A DNA stretch of 64,000 nucleotides from Microbotryum violaceum (lineage: Eukaryota), in the NCBI GenBank assembly GCA_001244265.2, contig CDLV01000011.1:496001-560000 (forward strand), in the 5' to 3' direction. The translations under genes were made by a program, and so were the position numbers. Below are positions 51,820 through 64,000 of this stretch, piece after piece; position 1 is the stretch's first letter, and each line of letters starts with the position of its first letter. A model generated the notes under the pieces. It was not told the origin of the DNA, searched no databases, and saw only the letters and a program-made list of their open reading frames with translations.

Positions 51820-53046
51820 ATCGGGCAGGGTACCGTCTTAGAGTGACTTGCTGGTGGAGAGGATAGGACGCGTGCAACGGTCGACGTTGCAGCGTGATCG
51901 ACGATGATGTGCAGCCGCGCCGCGACGATGACCCTCTGCAGCAGCCGTGTGCGAGTGAGCTGACGGTGACAGACGGGTTGGCCACAGTTGAAGGGGATGG
52001 GGTCGATGGCCAATGAGCACTAGCTACACTGCAACAGCTCGGGCGCGTAGTTGCTCGAGAGCAAGGTCGTGAAGGTCGTCAATGCAGCGCCAGGGTCGTC
52101 AGAAACGTCAGTCGTCGTCGGTCGGGTCGTCGCTTGTGTCGGTCGCAGCCTGGCGAGAGGCACAAACCACGGCGACCAGGCCGGCGCGAGGCAGCAGCTC
52201 GCGAGAGGCCAAAGTGCATACACCCACCCACCCCACTGAATCCTCCGAGTCCCACGCCGGTCTACGCCGGTCGCACTCGCGAGTCGCCGAACCAGTCCAC
52301 GACTCCACGTACACGAACGAATCAACGACCTCGCACCAGCACCGCCGCTTCACTGCTACGCCCGACTCGGGCCAACGACGACTGATGATCTTCCCCGTGG
52401 GCCGATATACTCATCCACCTTAAGCGACACGTAAACCTACCGGTCATCGCTCAGACAAGCCACTGTCGCTAACAGTTAACGGAAAGCTGTCACTCAAGAT
52501 TTCCTGATTCTTAATTACATCCACATCGATGTCAGCGTAACACAAAAAGCTCGGCGACAATGACGGATGGTCGTCTCGAGGATCGTCTTAAACTACGGTC
52601 ACCAGCTCACCAAGCTTTCAATGGCAATCTCTGCAGATCCTTCAAAAGCCTTTCAATCCAGCGGACCGAGCCATCAAAATGACAGAGAGCTACCAGTGCC
52701 ACGAGGAGTACAAGTGGCTGCACCACAAAGGCGTGTGCAAGCTGCAGCTGGGCCGGAAGAGGGACGGGTCTTATCACGTGACCTCGGTCGTCCATGCATG
52801 CTGTTGACCTGTGGGTCATCTCAAAACGGCTCACAAACGATAGAGGGCTTATTGACATCCCAGCACTCATTAATTCCAGATCTATTCCAGATCTACTGGG
52901 ATACATCCAGGTCAGGCCTGAGCTAAGGTGTGGCAATATGGCGGCCGGGAGAAGCTGATGGAAGAATCGTGCTAGCTATAGCGGGCGAAGTAGAAGCGAC
53001 CCAGATACCCTCGCCTTGCTGGGGAGACCGAACAACGTGGAAGAAA

Positions 53047-53128
53047 TTCGATTATTTCTTCGAGTTTCCACGAGCGCGTGTGCGGTCGGGAGATTTCCGA
53101 ACTTTCGACGACCTTCGATGGAATCGAA
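53047..53128 (+). promoter_or_regulatory. Putative heat-shock elements upstream of HSP20
   Basis: GAActTTC at 53099-53106 plus TTC at 53114 (gap type); TTC-N7-TTC at 53056-53068. Confidence 0.5.
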
Positions 53129-53457
53129 CGACCTCGAGCGAACGCGCGCGCACTCTCTCTTCCTTCTTCCTTTCCCATCACCACCACCACATCAAACTAC
53201 TCTGCACACACTGCACATCCCACGCTCGGCACAGTAAGACCATCTCACCTCTCCCTTTACCTCATCTGCCCTGCTTCCTTCCCATCCTAGTTCACCGCAC
53301 TCACCTCGATCGATCAAGGCTCGCTGCCATTGACCCCTTTAGCGAGCTCGGCCCATCTCCCTCGTACGTCGGACGTAGCTGACGTGTGCTGCTCGCACCC
53401 TTTGTAACCACTTCACAGAGCCCTAAATCACCCCAAGGTAACACTCATCGAACAAAC

Positions 53458-53910
53458 ATGTCCTTGTCGCTCTTCCCTCGCCTCACCCACACGGACGATG
53501 ACTTTGGCTTCGCCCCCTTCCACTTGCTCGGCCTGCGCCCCAGCGGCCAGAACACGGGTGCGACACGCGACCAAAATGAACTCGGCTTCTCGCCACGCGT
53601 CAACATTATCGAAAAAGGTGGAAAAGCCGAAGCCACGTTCGAACTCGCCGGCCTTACCAAGGACCAAGTCAAGATCATGCTCGACCGTGGTCTGCTCACC
53701 GTCTCTGGCACGGTCCAGTCTGAGGACACGAAGGAGGAGGGAACCTGGCGCGTACACGAACGTCGCACGGGCTCATTTGAGAGGAGCATCCGCGTTAACC
53801 CGTCGCTGAAGGAGGAGGACATCAAAGCGAGCATGGAAAACGGCATTCTCAGGGTCGAGTACCCTCTCGAAACCAAGGAGACCAAGGCGAAGGCTATCAA
53901 GATCTCGTGA
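53458..53910 (+). CDS. Small heat-shock protein (HSP20/alpha-crystallin)
   Basis: FSPRVNI, ELAGL, LTVSG, ERRTGSFERSI, IKASMENGILRV, KAIKI. Confidence 0.95.
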   Translation: MSLSLFPRLTHTDDDFGFAPFHLLGLRPSGQNTGATRDQNELGFSPRVNIIEKGGKAEATFELAGLTKDQVKIMLDRGLLTVSGTVQSEDTKEEGTWRVHERRTGSFERSIRVNPSLKEEDIKASMENGILRVEYPLETKETKAKAIKIS

Positions 53911-54351
53911 ACTGGCCGGCCACACTCGCTTCCTGTCTCTTGTTTTCGTTCGCAGCTCGCATGGTTTCCCGAAGTATCTAGATCGGTCTCAGTTTGTCTA
54001 TTTGTTCTTGCATCGTAATTCAGTGAAGATCGGGTCCCAATCTGAGCGAATGTCCCTCGTGCGACGAAGCGTCGTTGTCAATGCGCAGCAGCCAAGGTGT
54101 GCGAGTCCTCTGAAATCCACGAATCATCGACGACGGGGATTACAGTGATAGACCGGACCGATGAAATTACTACCCTTAAACATACATATGAACAGCTCTT
54201 CCACTCTGCCATGAGGCCATGAAACCTTGCACATATCGACTGTCGAAGCGCTCATGAAGCTCGCCCGATCACCAATGACGATTACAGACCACTACCAACA
54301 ATCCAACACCCAGTCAATACATAGCCAATCCAATCTTACCCTATAAACGCA

Positions 54352-56906
54352 TCACACCAAGTGAGTTTCCGACACGGGCGAAGTCCAACACACCCCCTGC
54401 GGCGGCAATCCCAACCTCCCCCACGGCTTTCCCTTGACCTTTGACCTGATCTGCACGCACCTATCCCACTCATCAAAAGCAACGATGACCTTATGAGCTT
54501 CCTGCTGCCAAAGCTTTGGTCCATTCAACGGCGTTTTTTCGAACCGATCGACGAGCGCTTGTGCGCGATGCAAGATGACGGAATTACCAATCAACCCGTA
54601 GGCTCCTCCTCGCATTATGGGTCCTCTCCCGAGGATCCACTTCAACATCGCTGCGTCTTGGTCGATTGTAGGTTTGGCTCCTCGTTTTGGTTTCTCTGCA
54701 GTCGGGAGAGCGGGTAGTTTGAAAGGCTTCATTTCCCGCATGACCTCCTGGCCTTTCTTGCCTGATCGGGTGGTTCGGCCGTTGCTTCCTTCGGCTTGAT
54801 CCTCACCCTCACCATCGTGATCGTCGTTGTCGTCGTCGTCGTCGGAGAAGACCTCTTGATCCAATCTTGCGAGCCCCACTGATCGACTCAGAGGAGCGAT
54901 TTTGCCGTACGCGATAAGATCGTCAACATCGTACCACCCTCCGTTTCCTTCGTTAGAGAAGATTTGCACGTTGCGTGGGTTGTAAGGCTCGCAAGTAATC
55001 GAGTGGAGCTTCAACGTCTATCCAAAAAGAATTGAGGATGCGTTCGTTACCATCAGCTCAGATGCCCAACTGCCCAGCCCGAACCAGGGTACCTTAGGGT
55101 ACTCACCAATGGCGGACCTCTCGGCAACCGAGCCTTCTTGTTCGCCTTCGACACCGCCGCTGACGTCGAAGCTTTCCTCTTCCTCCCTTTACCCTTCTGA
55201 GCCGGTTCCACCACCACCTCGACCTCTTCCTCGACCTCACCGACATCAGGATCAAAGTCGAAATCGGTGCGTACATACGGCGTCTGATCCGAACCTGGTC
55301 CTTCGTCGCCGAAGAAGAAGAGAGGTAGATTGTCGTCGAGCTTGGGCTTGCGGAATTGAGTCAAGGCGTGGTCAGTTTGCTGCTCGGGATGGTCGGGGTT
55401 CTGAGCGGGGAAGGTATCGTCGAATCGGTAGACACTGTACCGAGTCGAGTTTTATTTGTGAGTTTAGCTCGCTTCGTGTTCAATGCGGTTGTTTGGGTAA
55501 CTCACACTACGGGTTCATCTGATGAGGCCAAGCGATAATTAGGGAGCGTCAATTATCATCTGGGAGCGGCAGGCTCAATCGATGTTGATCAGGACTGACC
55601 GATCGACTTGATTTTGGACTGCGAGTACCAGTCAGCATGAGAAGTTTCGACCCGCTCGTAGTCCCCAAGACTGTTGATCGTCTTGGTAATCCGTCTGCCC
55701 CATTCGCGTCACACTCATAAGCAGTCCCAAATCCTCAAACACGCACTGAGACCAGGTTTCCCTACTCACGACTTGTCCTGCACGTCTGATTCGAACATCT
55801 TCTTGGTGTAGAGCCAGTGGATCTGGACGTAGGACTCCTTGCTTTGCAGTGCTGGTTTGCCGCGACTGTTCTTTAAGGGGTCACCCTTTTCATTCAAGAC
55901 GTTGGTCAAGCCGGACTTCAATGTGCTGGAGAGGGAAATGAGAGGCTTGAGGTTAACAAACGCGCGAGACTAGTATCACTTTGTAAATGTGCTGCACACA
56001 CTAACCGGATTTGCACAACTTTGCCCAGCCAAGGTTCCTTCTCTCCGCTCGTCAATTCGATGGGATCCCCGATCTTGAGCTTGATACCGGAGGAGACTTT
56101 GGACCCAAAGCCGCCGACGTCAGCAATGAACGTCGGTCCTTGAGCCCAATTGCTTGAGGTTACTCACGCAATAGGCTGGGGAATCGCTGCGACTTCAAAT
56201 CGTCGTTAAGCTGCTTGAGGACCTTTGCACTCGGCGGCGTTGCCAATTCCGGTCCTTCATTCGACTCTGACTCTGACCCTGATTCCGTCCCCGAATCTGC
56301 CTCGGACTCTGACACTTCTCGTCTCACTTCCTTCAATACCGCATCCTCATCATAATCCGTCTCGTCTCCTTGCAAAGCCAACTCGTCCATGTCATCTCCT
56401 TCATCATCGTCGGACTCGGCTCCGGCTGTTCGTGTTGGTCGTTTCCGGTTCATGTACGTCTGTTTGACGGGTTTCACGCGTCGAGCTAGGGGCCTCTTCT
56501 TCGTCTTGTCCTCGGTTGAAGCTTGTGTGGATACTCTTGTGGGTCTGGCGGCTGCCTTTGACGTCGTCGTCGATGCCTTCTTGGCTTGTGGGGTCCTTCT
56601 CGATGCCGGTCCTCTAAGTTTGGCGACGGTGGGTTCAGGTTCGGGCGACGCTCTCGAAGAAGCATCCGCACTCCCCTCGTCGGCCTCGAACTCATTTCCA
56701 TCCTTGCCCTCGTCAGATTCTTCTCCCTCCTCATCTTCATCATCAACCAACCCTCCCTCCTCCTCCTCCTCCACCTCCTCCTCCCCCTCCTCGTCCTCGT
56801 CATTCATCCTCCCCCCCACCAACGATCCCTTCCTCTCTTTCCCATCCTCATCCTTCCCTCGATTAGGGGAGGAGAATAGAGAAGTGGCGAATTGAAGAAC
56901 TTGCAT
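54352..56906 (-). CDS. BAH-domain chromatin protein with degenerate PHD-like segment, spliced
   Basis: Acidic N-terminus; KIGDPI..EPWLGKVVQIR, YVQIHWLY, ERVETSHADW (BAH); CEPYNP..Q...WY; PIMRGG.YGLIGN. Confidence 0.65.
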
Positions 56907-57452
56907 CTGAACGGCTGAGGTCAAGCAGGTCGAATCCGAGAATGAAGTGGGTGACTACGCGATCGCGCTCGTGCTCGTGGGTGGTGGGTGTGTCAGACTG
57001 GTACTGGTACTACTACTAATTGTGTTATATCGGACGCGTGGCTTGACGTAAAACCGAAACCCGTCGGAAGGGGAGTGGGTATATGCGCTCGACGTCTATG
57101 CTCAGGACAGGGGAAAGGAGGAGGGTGTAGATGAAACCGACGCGTCGAGGCGCGTCGCCGAGTGTTGTGCGCGTGGAACTGGCCTCGGCAACATTGCGAC
57201 GTCGTCGGCCAATCGTCGGCTTCAGGACCAACAAAGTTAAAACTTGCGCAAAGCCTCCTCTCGTTGTGCAAGCTGCACCTCGAAGAAATGAAAAGAAGTG
57301 ATCGGAAAATGCATGATTACACAACGAAAACGTGATAGAGGACGAAACAAAACTCCTCAAAAGCACCTTCCCCGTAGTTCGAAATCGTCGCCAGTGCGAA
57401 TGATGATGATGCTAACACACGCTGCACTACGTCCCGGTCCTCCCGTACTCGC

Positions 57453-58355
57453 CTATGCTCCAACTCGAACATCATCAAACTTCTCGTCTCCGACGTAGCC
57501 TCCCCTCATGCTAGAACGAACGTTTTGTGCAAACCGTGATCGGTTCTCCCGCAGATCCTTGGCCGCTTCTGTGGGATGTCAAAAGAAGCAGTCCCCGAGT
57601 CAATTTCCAAGTTATTCATCCTAGGCGTCCGAGTGCGCCACGTCAACGACATACCTTTGTTGAGCGGATCATCGGCATTGGGTTCGAGGAAGAGGTACTG
57701 CAATCCGACCATGACGGCGTTGAGACTGAGCACGGGCTTCCAGTCCTCACGCAGGATGTTGAGGCACACGTTGCCTTCGAGGTCCAGATTGGGGTGATAG
57801 ATCTGCAAATACGAGCCAAAGGGTTAATTCCAGTTATAGGTTTAGGAACTGAAGTCTGCAAAGACCTACTTTGGGTACGCATTTGACTTTTGGGGGTTCA
57901 TGTGGGTAGTTGGCGCTGATCTTGACAGTAAAGAGGAATTTGCCGCCCTTGTACATGCCTGTGCTGAGGTTCCGCGCTTGATGAGTATCCTCTTTGTTGA
58001 ACATGTATTGCAATACTGACCGTCGTCGGGGGTGATGGTAAGCTCAAAGTTAAGCAAGTCCTCGGCATCGGCGAAATGGGTCTTCATCGTTGGTGGGAGG
58101 TCAAGCTCGGTGAGATCTGAGGGAGGGTCAATGGCAGATGAGTCTGAGAGCTCTGGACGATATAAGAAAGCCGCGCCTACCTTTCTGTACTCGAATCTGG
58201 GCTGCTGAGGTCTTGGGCTTTTTCTTTGCTGCGGCATCCTCGTTCTTCTTCATGGACCAAATCTGCGATCACAAAGTCAGTCAAGACGGTCAGCTCGGCT
58301 TCGGCTTAGACGATTCGCGTGATGTGGCGATTGGGTAAAAGCTTACTTTGATCAT
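57453..58355 (-). CDS. UBC12: NEDD8-conjugating enzyme, spliced
   Basis: [64 protein letters not shown]. Confidence 0.96.
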
Positions 58356-59177
58356 CTGTGGCGAATAAAGTGTGAATTAAGGTAAGAGTCAGGTCAGCAT
58401 TGACGCCGGGGTGTTTTGCCAGTGAATAAAGGGGGTCGGATCGAGATCGGTCGTGCACGGGTCGGTTTTCCCGGGTAAACGGCCGCCGTCCTCGTGCATC
58501 GTAATGGCATGGTGAGACGCGGAAAGTTTCGAGGGGTTATATTCGAGGCTTTGGTCTGCCCAGCGTGGCTTCCCGCGGTCGATGGGATGGAGACTCGGAG
58601 TCGTGGGCGAATCGAATCACGTCGCATCGTCGCCAAATGCTCGAACTTCGCAGACGCGTCGCTCACGCCGACAAATTTGATCCTCCGCAAAGACAGACAC
58701 GCGTCCAGGACATTGTACGGGTCCGACATCATGTGCCCGAGCGTACGCGTGTACCGGTGGCGATGGTTCCTCGACTCTGCCAAGCTCTGCGATGGAGTTG
58801 GGGTAGGGGAACGCACCTTGGGGGGGATGTAGGAGCTCCTAGTGGTGTACGAAGTGTCTAGAGTCAACGGACTGAGATGAACGATCCGATCCGAAAGCGA
58901 GCGAACAGGTGAACTCGGTTGCCCAGTGGGACGGGACAGGATGGGATGATGATGGACAAGTAGCGAGCGGCGAGCGCCGGCGGGAGAGGCACGCTCGATC
59001 GCGGTTCGTAATGGCTTGATTAGTAATCAGCCGTTCACCGCGGCGAAGGCGATAAGGAACGAGCCGAGCCGAGCCGAGTCAAGCAAGGTCCACGACGCTG
59101 CCTGGGTCCGTTCGGCTCTTGTTCTTGCATTCGCACTTGCACTTGCACTCGACAACGAGCGACGGCTGACCTCACCG

Positions 59178-60969
59178 ATGCCTTCGAGGCCGCTGATGTG
59201 CATCGCCACGGCCAAGCCCCTCTCGGCATGGTATGAGCGCACCTCTCTTCTGCGTGGGGCGGCCGTACGCCATCACTCGTCTACCTCCGAGTCGGCCGCC
59301 TCCAGCTCGTCCTCGACCTTGACTTCGCTCACCGGCACATTCTCTCTCGGCTCAGAGCCATCGTCCGCCACCTCCGATCATACTGCACTGTTATCTACAA
59401 GAGCAAAGGTGGGTGGTTCACCCTTCTCACTCGAGTTGGCCTGTCCTGTCCTTGCTCATCTACTCGACTGAACCCACAGGCACAGGCTCGTATCGCTCGA
59501 GTCGACTCGACCTCGCCTTCCAAGGTCTCGCCTTTTCTCATCGACTCGTTTGGTCGAAAACATGACTACTTGCGCATATCCTTGACGGAGAAGTGTAACC
59601 TGCGATGTGAGCTGGACTGCACTACACCGTGCATGGCTCAAACCCCAACCATACGTAGTTTATCGGATTCCGACGACTCGGCCGAACTTTGGGGCTAAGG
59701 AGCTCCACACTTTCAAAGCACCCTGCTGACTTGTATCCTACCGACCGACGATTAGGTACATACTGCATGCCCGAAACGGGTGTCAAGCTCTTGCCCCGCG
59801 ATGACCTGTTGACCACGGACGAGATCGAACGAACGGCCAAGATCTTCGTCACGAATGGCGTAACCAAGATTCGACTCACCGGCGGCGAACCTACCGTACG
59901 CAAAGATTTGATCGATGTTGTTAGTGAGTCGGTAAAACCCGTATCGGTATCGCACATCGAAAAGCTACTCGCTGATCGAAGAATCCTCGCGCGCAGCCCG
60001 ACTCGGTCGACTACCCCTCGACTCCCTGGGTATGACCTCCAACGGCATTTCCCTCAAGAGACGACTTCCGCAGCTCGTCGAGGCCGGCCTTACTCACCTC
60101 AACCTGTCGCTTGATACGCTCGATCCATTCAAGTACGAGCTCATGACGAGACGGAGAGGCTTCTCAGCCGTCATGGAATCGCTTCAAGTCGCTCGGGGGT
60201 TGGCCAGTCAGGGGCTCAAGACCAAGATCAATGTCGTCGTCATCAGAGGTGAGGACAAAGCTCTAAAGACTGAGCACAGAGCGCAATATCTCATTAACTT
60301 CCTCTCCTTCGTCATTCCACAGGGCTCAACGACGACGAGGTCCCACACTTTGTTGAATTGATCAAGGACATGGACATTACCGTCCGCTTTATCGAATATA
60401 TGCCCTTCGAAGGTCAGTACGAGGGACGCGGCTCAGACTCAAAGGAAGTAGCTCATCGCTTGATCCTCCATCCCATCGCCCAGACAACCGATGGTCAACC
60501 ACCAAACTCGTTCCCTCTGCCCAGCTCGTAGCCAAATTACAAACGATCCATCCGACCCTTGAGAAGCTCATCGACCCCCATAGCGATACGACAAGATCAT
60601 GGCGAGTACCCGGGTATCGAGGCAAGGTCGGCTTCATCAGTTCCATGTCGGACCATTTTTGTGGGGAATGCTCGAGGTTGAGGATCGGGGCCGATGGTCG
60701 AGTCAAGGTAAGCTAGTCCCATACCTTCATTCGAAGCTTACTTCGCAAACTTACTCACTGTTGATGCACTTTCCTAGGTTTGCCTCTTCGGCCCTCCCGT
60801 GCTATCCCTCCGACCTCTCCTTCGATCCCCCGAAACAACAGACCAAGACCTGATGGAATCTGTCGGCCGTGCTGTTTGGGGCAAGAAATTCGCTCACAAC
60901 GGCTTAGGTGGAGCAGAGGGTATCAGGGAGAATGGCAAGATGGGTCCGATGGTTGGTATTGGTGGATGA
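59178..60969 (+). CDS. MOCS1A: GTP 3',8-cyclase (MOCS1A/MoaA, radical SAM), spliced
   Basis: [66 protein letters not shown], terminal PMVGIGG*. Confidence 0.96.
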
Positions 60970-61000
60970 GATGTAGAGGGGCGCGAGGTGGATCTTTCGA

Positions 61001-61804
61001 ATGGTCGGAGAATTCGGAGTGGAAGTGAGTGCATTGCGTTCGCTTTCGGAGGACAACCGTGTTGGCCGTGTTGATTCAGTTCCTGACGCGCTGTGGGCCG
61101 AATGGATAGCTTTCAATCCGAATTGGCTCAGACCACAAAGACCTCGGCAACCCCTCTTTGCAAGAGTACCGCTACACCTCTTGGCTCGATCGACCCCGTA
61201 TGCTCCCCGTCTTGCCACTCGCCTCTTCTCATATTCGGTTCGATCCAACCATGCGGAGGATGATTCGAAGCCCGTGGACACGCTCACACACATCGACTCC
61301 CGAACGGGCAAAGCATCCATGGTATCCGTCTCTTCCAAAGCCATCACTTTCCGATCCGCCACGGCTGTCGGTCGGATTCGCTTGAACGAACAAGCTTGGT
61401 CTCTCATCGATTTCAGTACCACCTCAACCGACCAAGTGGACCGTTCCTCCCCTCCGACTATGCGCACCAAAAAAGGCGACGTCCTGACAATCGCCCACCT
61501 AGCCGGTCTCATGGCGACCAAACAAACCTCTACCCTCATACCCCTCTGTCATCCCCTCCTCTTAACCAGCATCAAACTCACCCTCGAACCTCTCTTCGAA
61601 AGCACCTCGATTCAAATCACCTGTCGAGTCGAATGTGAGGGTAAAACCGGGGTCGAGATGGAGGCTTTGATGGGGTGTCAGGTCGCTTTGTTGACGGTTT
61701 GGGATATGTGTAAGGCCGTGGCGGGGAGGGATATGGTTATTGAGGGGGTGATGGTGGTGGAGAAGAGTGGGGGGAGGAGTGGGGATTGGAAGAGGGAAGA
61801 CTGA
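61001..61804 (+). CDS. MOCS1B: cPMP synthase (MOCS1B/MoaC); second cistron, 5' end depends on splicing
   Basis: LTHID..GKASMVSVSSK, KKGDVLTIAHLAG, LIPLCHP, GKTGVEMEAL, WDMCKAV, EKSGGRSG. Confidence 0.95.
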   Translation: MVGEFGVEVSALRSLSEDNRVGRVDSVPDALWAEWIAFNPNWLRPQRPRQPLFARVPLHLLARSTPYAPRLATRLFSYSVRSNHAEDDSKPVDTLTHIDSRTGKASMVSVSSKAITFRSATAVGRIRLNEQAWSLIDFSTTSTDQVDRSSPPTMRTKKGDVLTIAHLAGLMATKQTSTLIPLCHPLLLTSIKLTLEPLFESTSIQITCRVECEGKTGVEMEALMGCQVALLTVWDMCKAVAGRDMVIEGVMVVEKSGGRSGDWKRED

Positions 61805-61930
61805 AGGATGTAATCTCTTGTATGCGATGGACTGTGATGTTGTCAACTCTCGAGTATTATAAGACAAGCAATTTCATTACAGAGAAACCTAGAACGTAAG
61901 ACAACGCAACCACTACGGACTATCTTCAGC

Positions 61931-63539
61931 TCAAGGCGCCCTCCCCAATACGATCCTCCTTCTCACCAACGCCGCCAGCGCCGTCAACACCAACACCTTT
62001 GCCCAAAGTCTCTTGGGACTCCAATACTTGATCGTCGCACCCAGGATCAAGCCCGCGTCCTTGATCTTCCTCTCCAACTTGATACTCGCAATAGCCCGGT
62101 TACCAAACTCGGCGTAATAACCTTCCGGACCGATCGAGGTCGCTTCGAAAGGGATGGCGAGAATTCCGTTCGCATCGATGGCGACTTGGTATCCATGGAA
62201 AGAAGGGTCCGAAGCGGATTTTAGCATGCCTGCTACGACGTCTTCAATCTTGCCCAAAGGGATACCGAAGAGACCTGCGCGGTTCAAAGGCGCGATGATA
62301 CTGGTGTCGATGAACCAAGGGCAGATGATGTTGCTGCGGATGTTCGCGGCTTCACAGTCGTAGCTGAGAGGTTGGATAGGACCATCAGCTGCTGAACATC
62401 GACACAAATAGAGGCCTCGGCTGAAGATTATAATTGAACTCACTAAATGGATCGGAAGAAGCCCAGAATCCCATGCTTGGCCATCCCGTACATCGGACCT
62501 TTGGGCAACCCATTCTGCGACGCCATCGACCCAAGGAAGACGAGCGCCTTGGACTTGTTCTTCAAGTTGCGCGCCAAGTGGTAGAATCCGATACGGGCGG
62601 TGTACATCGCTCCGAGGAGGTTGACTTCGATCGTCGTTAGGACGGGTTCCTATTGGGGATGATAAAGGAGGATCAGCACGTCACTTTAGACAGCATAAGT
62701 TCAGATGGTGGATGAAATTTCCTCACCTTGAGCTTGCCCTTGGAATCGAATTCATCATGCATCAACTCGCCACATTCACCCACACCAGCATTCGCAACGA
62801 CGACGTCAATCACCCCATGGTGTTTGATCGCGAAATCGAACATTTCGATCTGCGAATCCCACGAAGCGGTGTTGCACGGTTTCGGGTACACCTTGACGAG
62901 GCCGCCGTTGGTTTGGATCCTGTGACCGGTCTCTTGGACGGCTTTGATGTTTAGGTCAGAGATGACAACGTGGGCGCTGTAGAGTTTAGAGAGTTTGTAT
63001 AATCCGATCAGTAAAAGATTTGGAAGTTTGATGCTGAAAATGCGATGATGGTGGAACAACTGACCCATAGCCCGCGGCTTTCTCGGCGAAAGCTCGGCCA
63101 AACCCAGACCCGGCGCCTGAGCCGGCGAAGACATCAGATGATCCGATCCGGGGTAAAGGCGAAGGCAAACGCGACAAGGGCGACAAGAGATCAGTTACCC
63201 GCGAAGCTAATTTTCACAAGAACATAACTTCCCTCTCGTGCACTTACCGGTGATGACGACGGTCTTGCCCTTGAGGTTATGACCGGTCTTCTCTGTCGAG
63301 GCCGCGTCGATCGCCTCGGCATGCTTTTGAATCGCCGCCCTGAATCCACCATGAGCGGCTTCGTACGCCCCAAGACTAGGGTTGGACTTCTCGAGGTCTT
63401 GTTCTGCGATCGTGGTGACGCCTTCGACTTCGGCGGGACTGGATGATCGGGTAGCGCTGGAGCCGGACCCGGTCGAAGTGGGGGCGGCACCACTGGAGGA
63501 GGATGACGTCTTGGCTTTGGAGGAAGTGGGCTGGGACAT
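61931..63539 (-). CDS. Short-chain dehydrogenase/reductase, spliced
   Basis: LKGKTVVIT/GAGSGFG, IDVVVANAGV, VNL, LGSMAS, MYGMAKHGILG, NIICPWF. Confidence 0.92.
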
Positions 63540-64000
63540 GTCGTTGAGGTTGAAGTATTGCAGTGACTGAGATTAAAAAGTGGGTAGTCGGGGAAGTTGA
63601 GAGGACAGAGTTGAACCGTCTGGGGACACGGGTCTCCCCAATGTGATCGACTTCGTGAAATTCGACGGCGACGGCGACTTGGTGAACGCCGGTGGGTATA
63701 TATGTTCCGGCCGGGAGGCTGCCGGCTGCCGTCTACCACGTCTGCCGGCTGCTCGGTGGCCAACCTGGGGCGCGTGGTCTGTCGAAAGTCTATCACAAAA
63801 AGAGAACGATGGATAAAATTTTGACAGAGATCGTGAAATATATTATTGAGATGTAGGTAACAGAGAAACACCCACGACAATCATTAGTTGTCTAGCTGCT
63901 TCTGCCAGGTCTGGACAAAAGAAAATGCACGCACACATAACCGCTCTACTCGCTTGTCACTTTGGGCTCACATAAGGTCGGCTTTTGGGCCCGCGTCGGA

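Noticed and set aside
52567-52936. Short ORFs between PIN4 and HSP20
   Set aside because: No recognisable motif or splice structure
58394-58867. 157-aa minus ORF
   Set aside because: Lies almost entirely within the predicted UBC12 5'-UTR intron; non-ATG start
60967-60975. Selenocysteine or programmed readthrough signal at the MOCS1A TGA
   Set aside because: Context is TGA-GAT, not the TGA-CTA readthrough motif, and no SECIS was recognised; splicing is the simpler explanation

Overview
Intron-rich fungal genomic DNA with GT-AG introns and CTRAY-type branch points. Gene content and style suggest a basidiomycete, probably Pucciniomycotina (Microbotryum-like); this is inference. About 22 spliced host genes are recognisable: ZNF207/BuGZ, choline/ethanolamine phosphotransferase, COG8, a multipass membrane protein, an AhpD/CMD-like protein, HMG-CoA lyase, prefoldin 6, a NAD-dependent beta-hydroxyacid dehydrogenase, ATG101, VCX1, cystathionine beta-synthase, NIPSNAP, MCC beta subunit, CaM kinase, an F-box protein, DUS1, an EI24/Lds-like protein, PIN4, HSP20, a BAH protein, UBC12, MOCS1 and an SDR. 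A ~10.7 kb transposon island (~7.9-18.7 kb) holds two diverged copies of an orphan gene, a 1.39 kb non-autonomous TIR element with a perfect 8-bp TSD, a 390-bp foldback, a Helitron relic and an internally deleted AcademH-like element (RecQ helicase plus DUF6589-type transposase). The most striking observation is an animal-style bicistronic MOCS1 locus. MOCS1A ends GG-stop, and after removal of one predicted intron it is in frame with MOCS1B across that single TGA; upstream phase-1 donors could splice the stop out. Gene models were built by eye, and the outer coordinates of spliced genes include introns.
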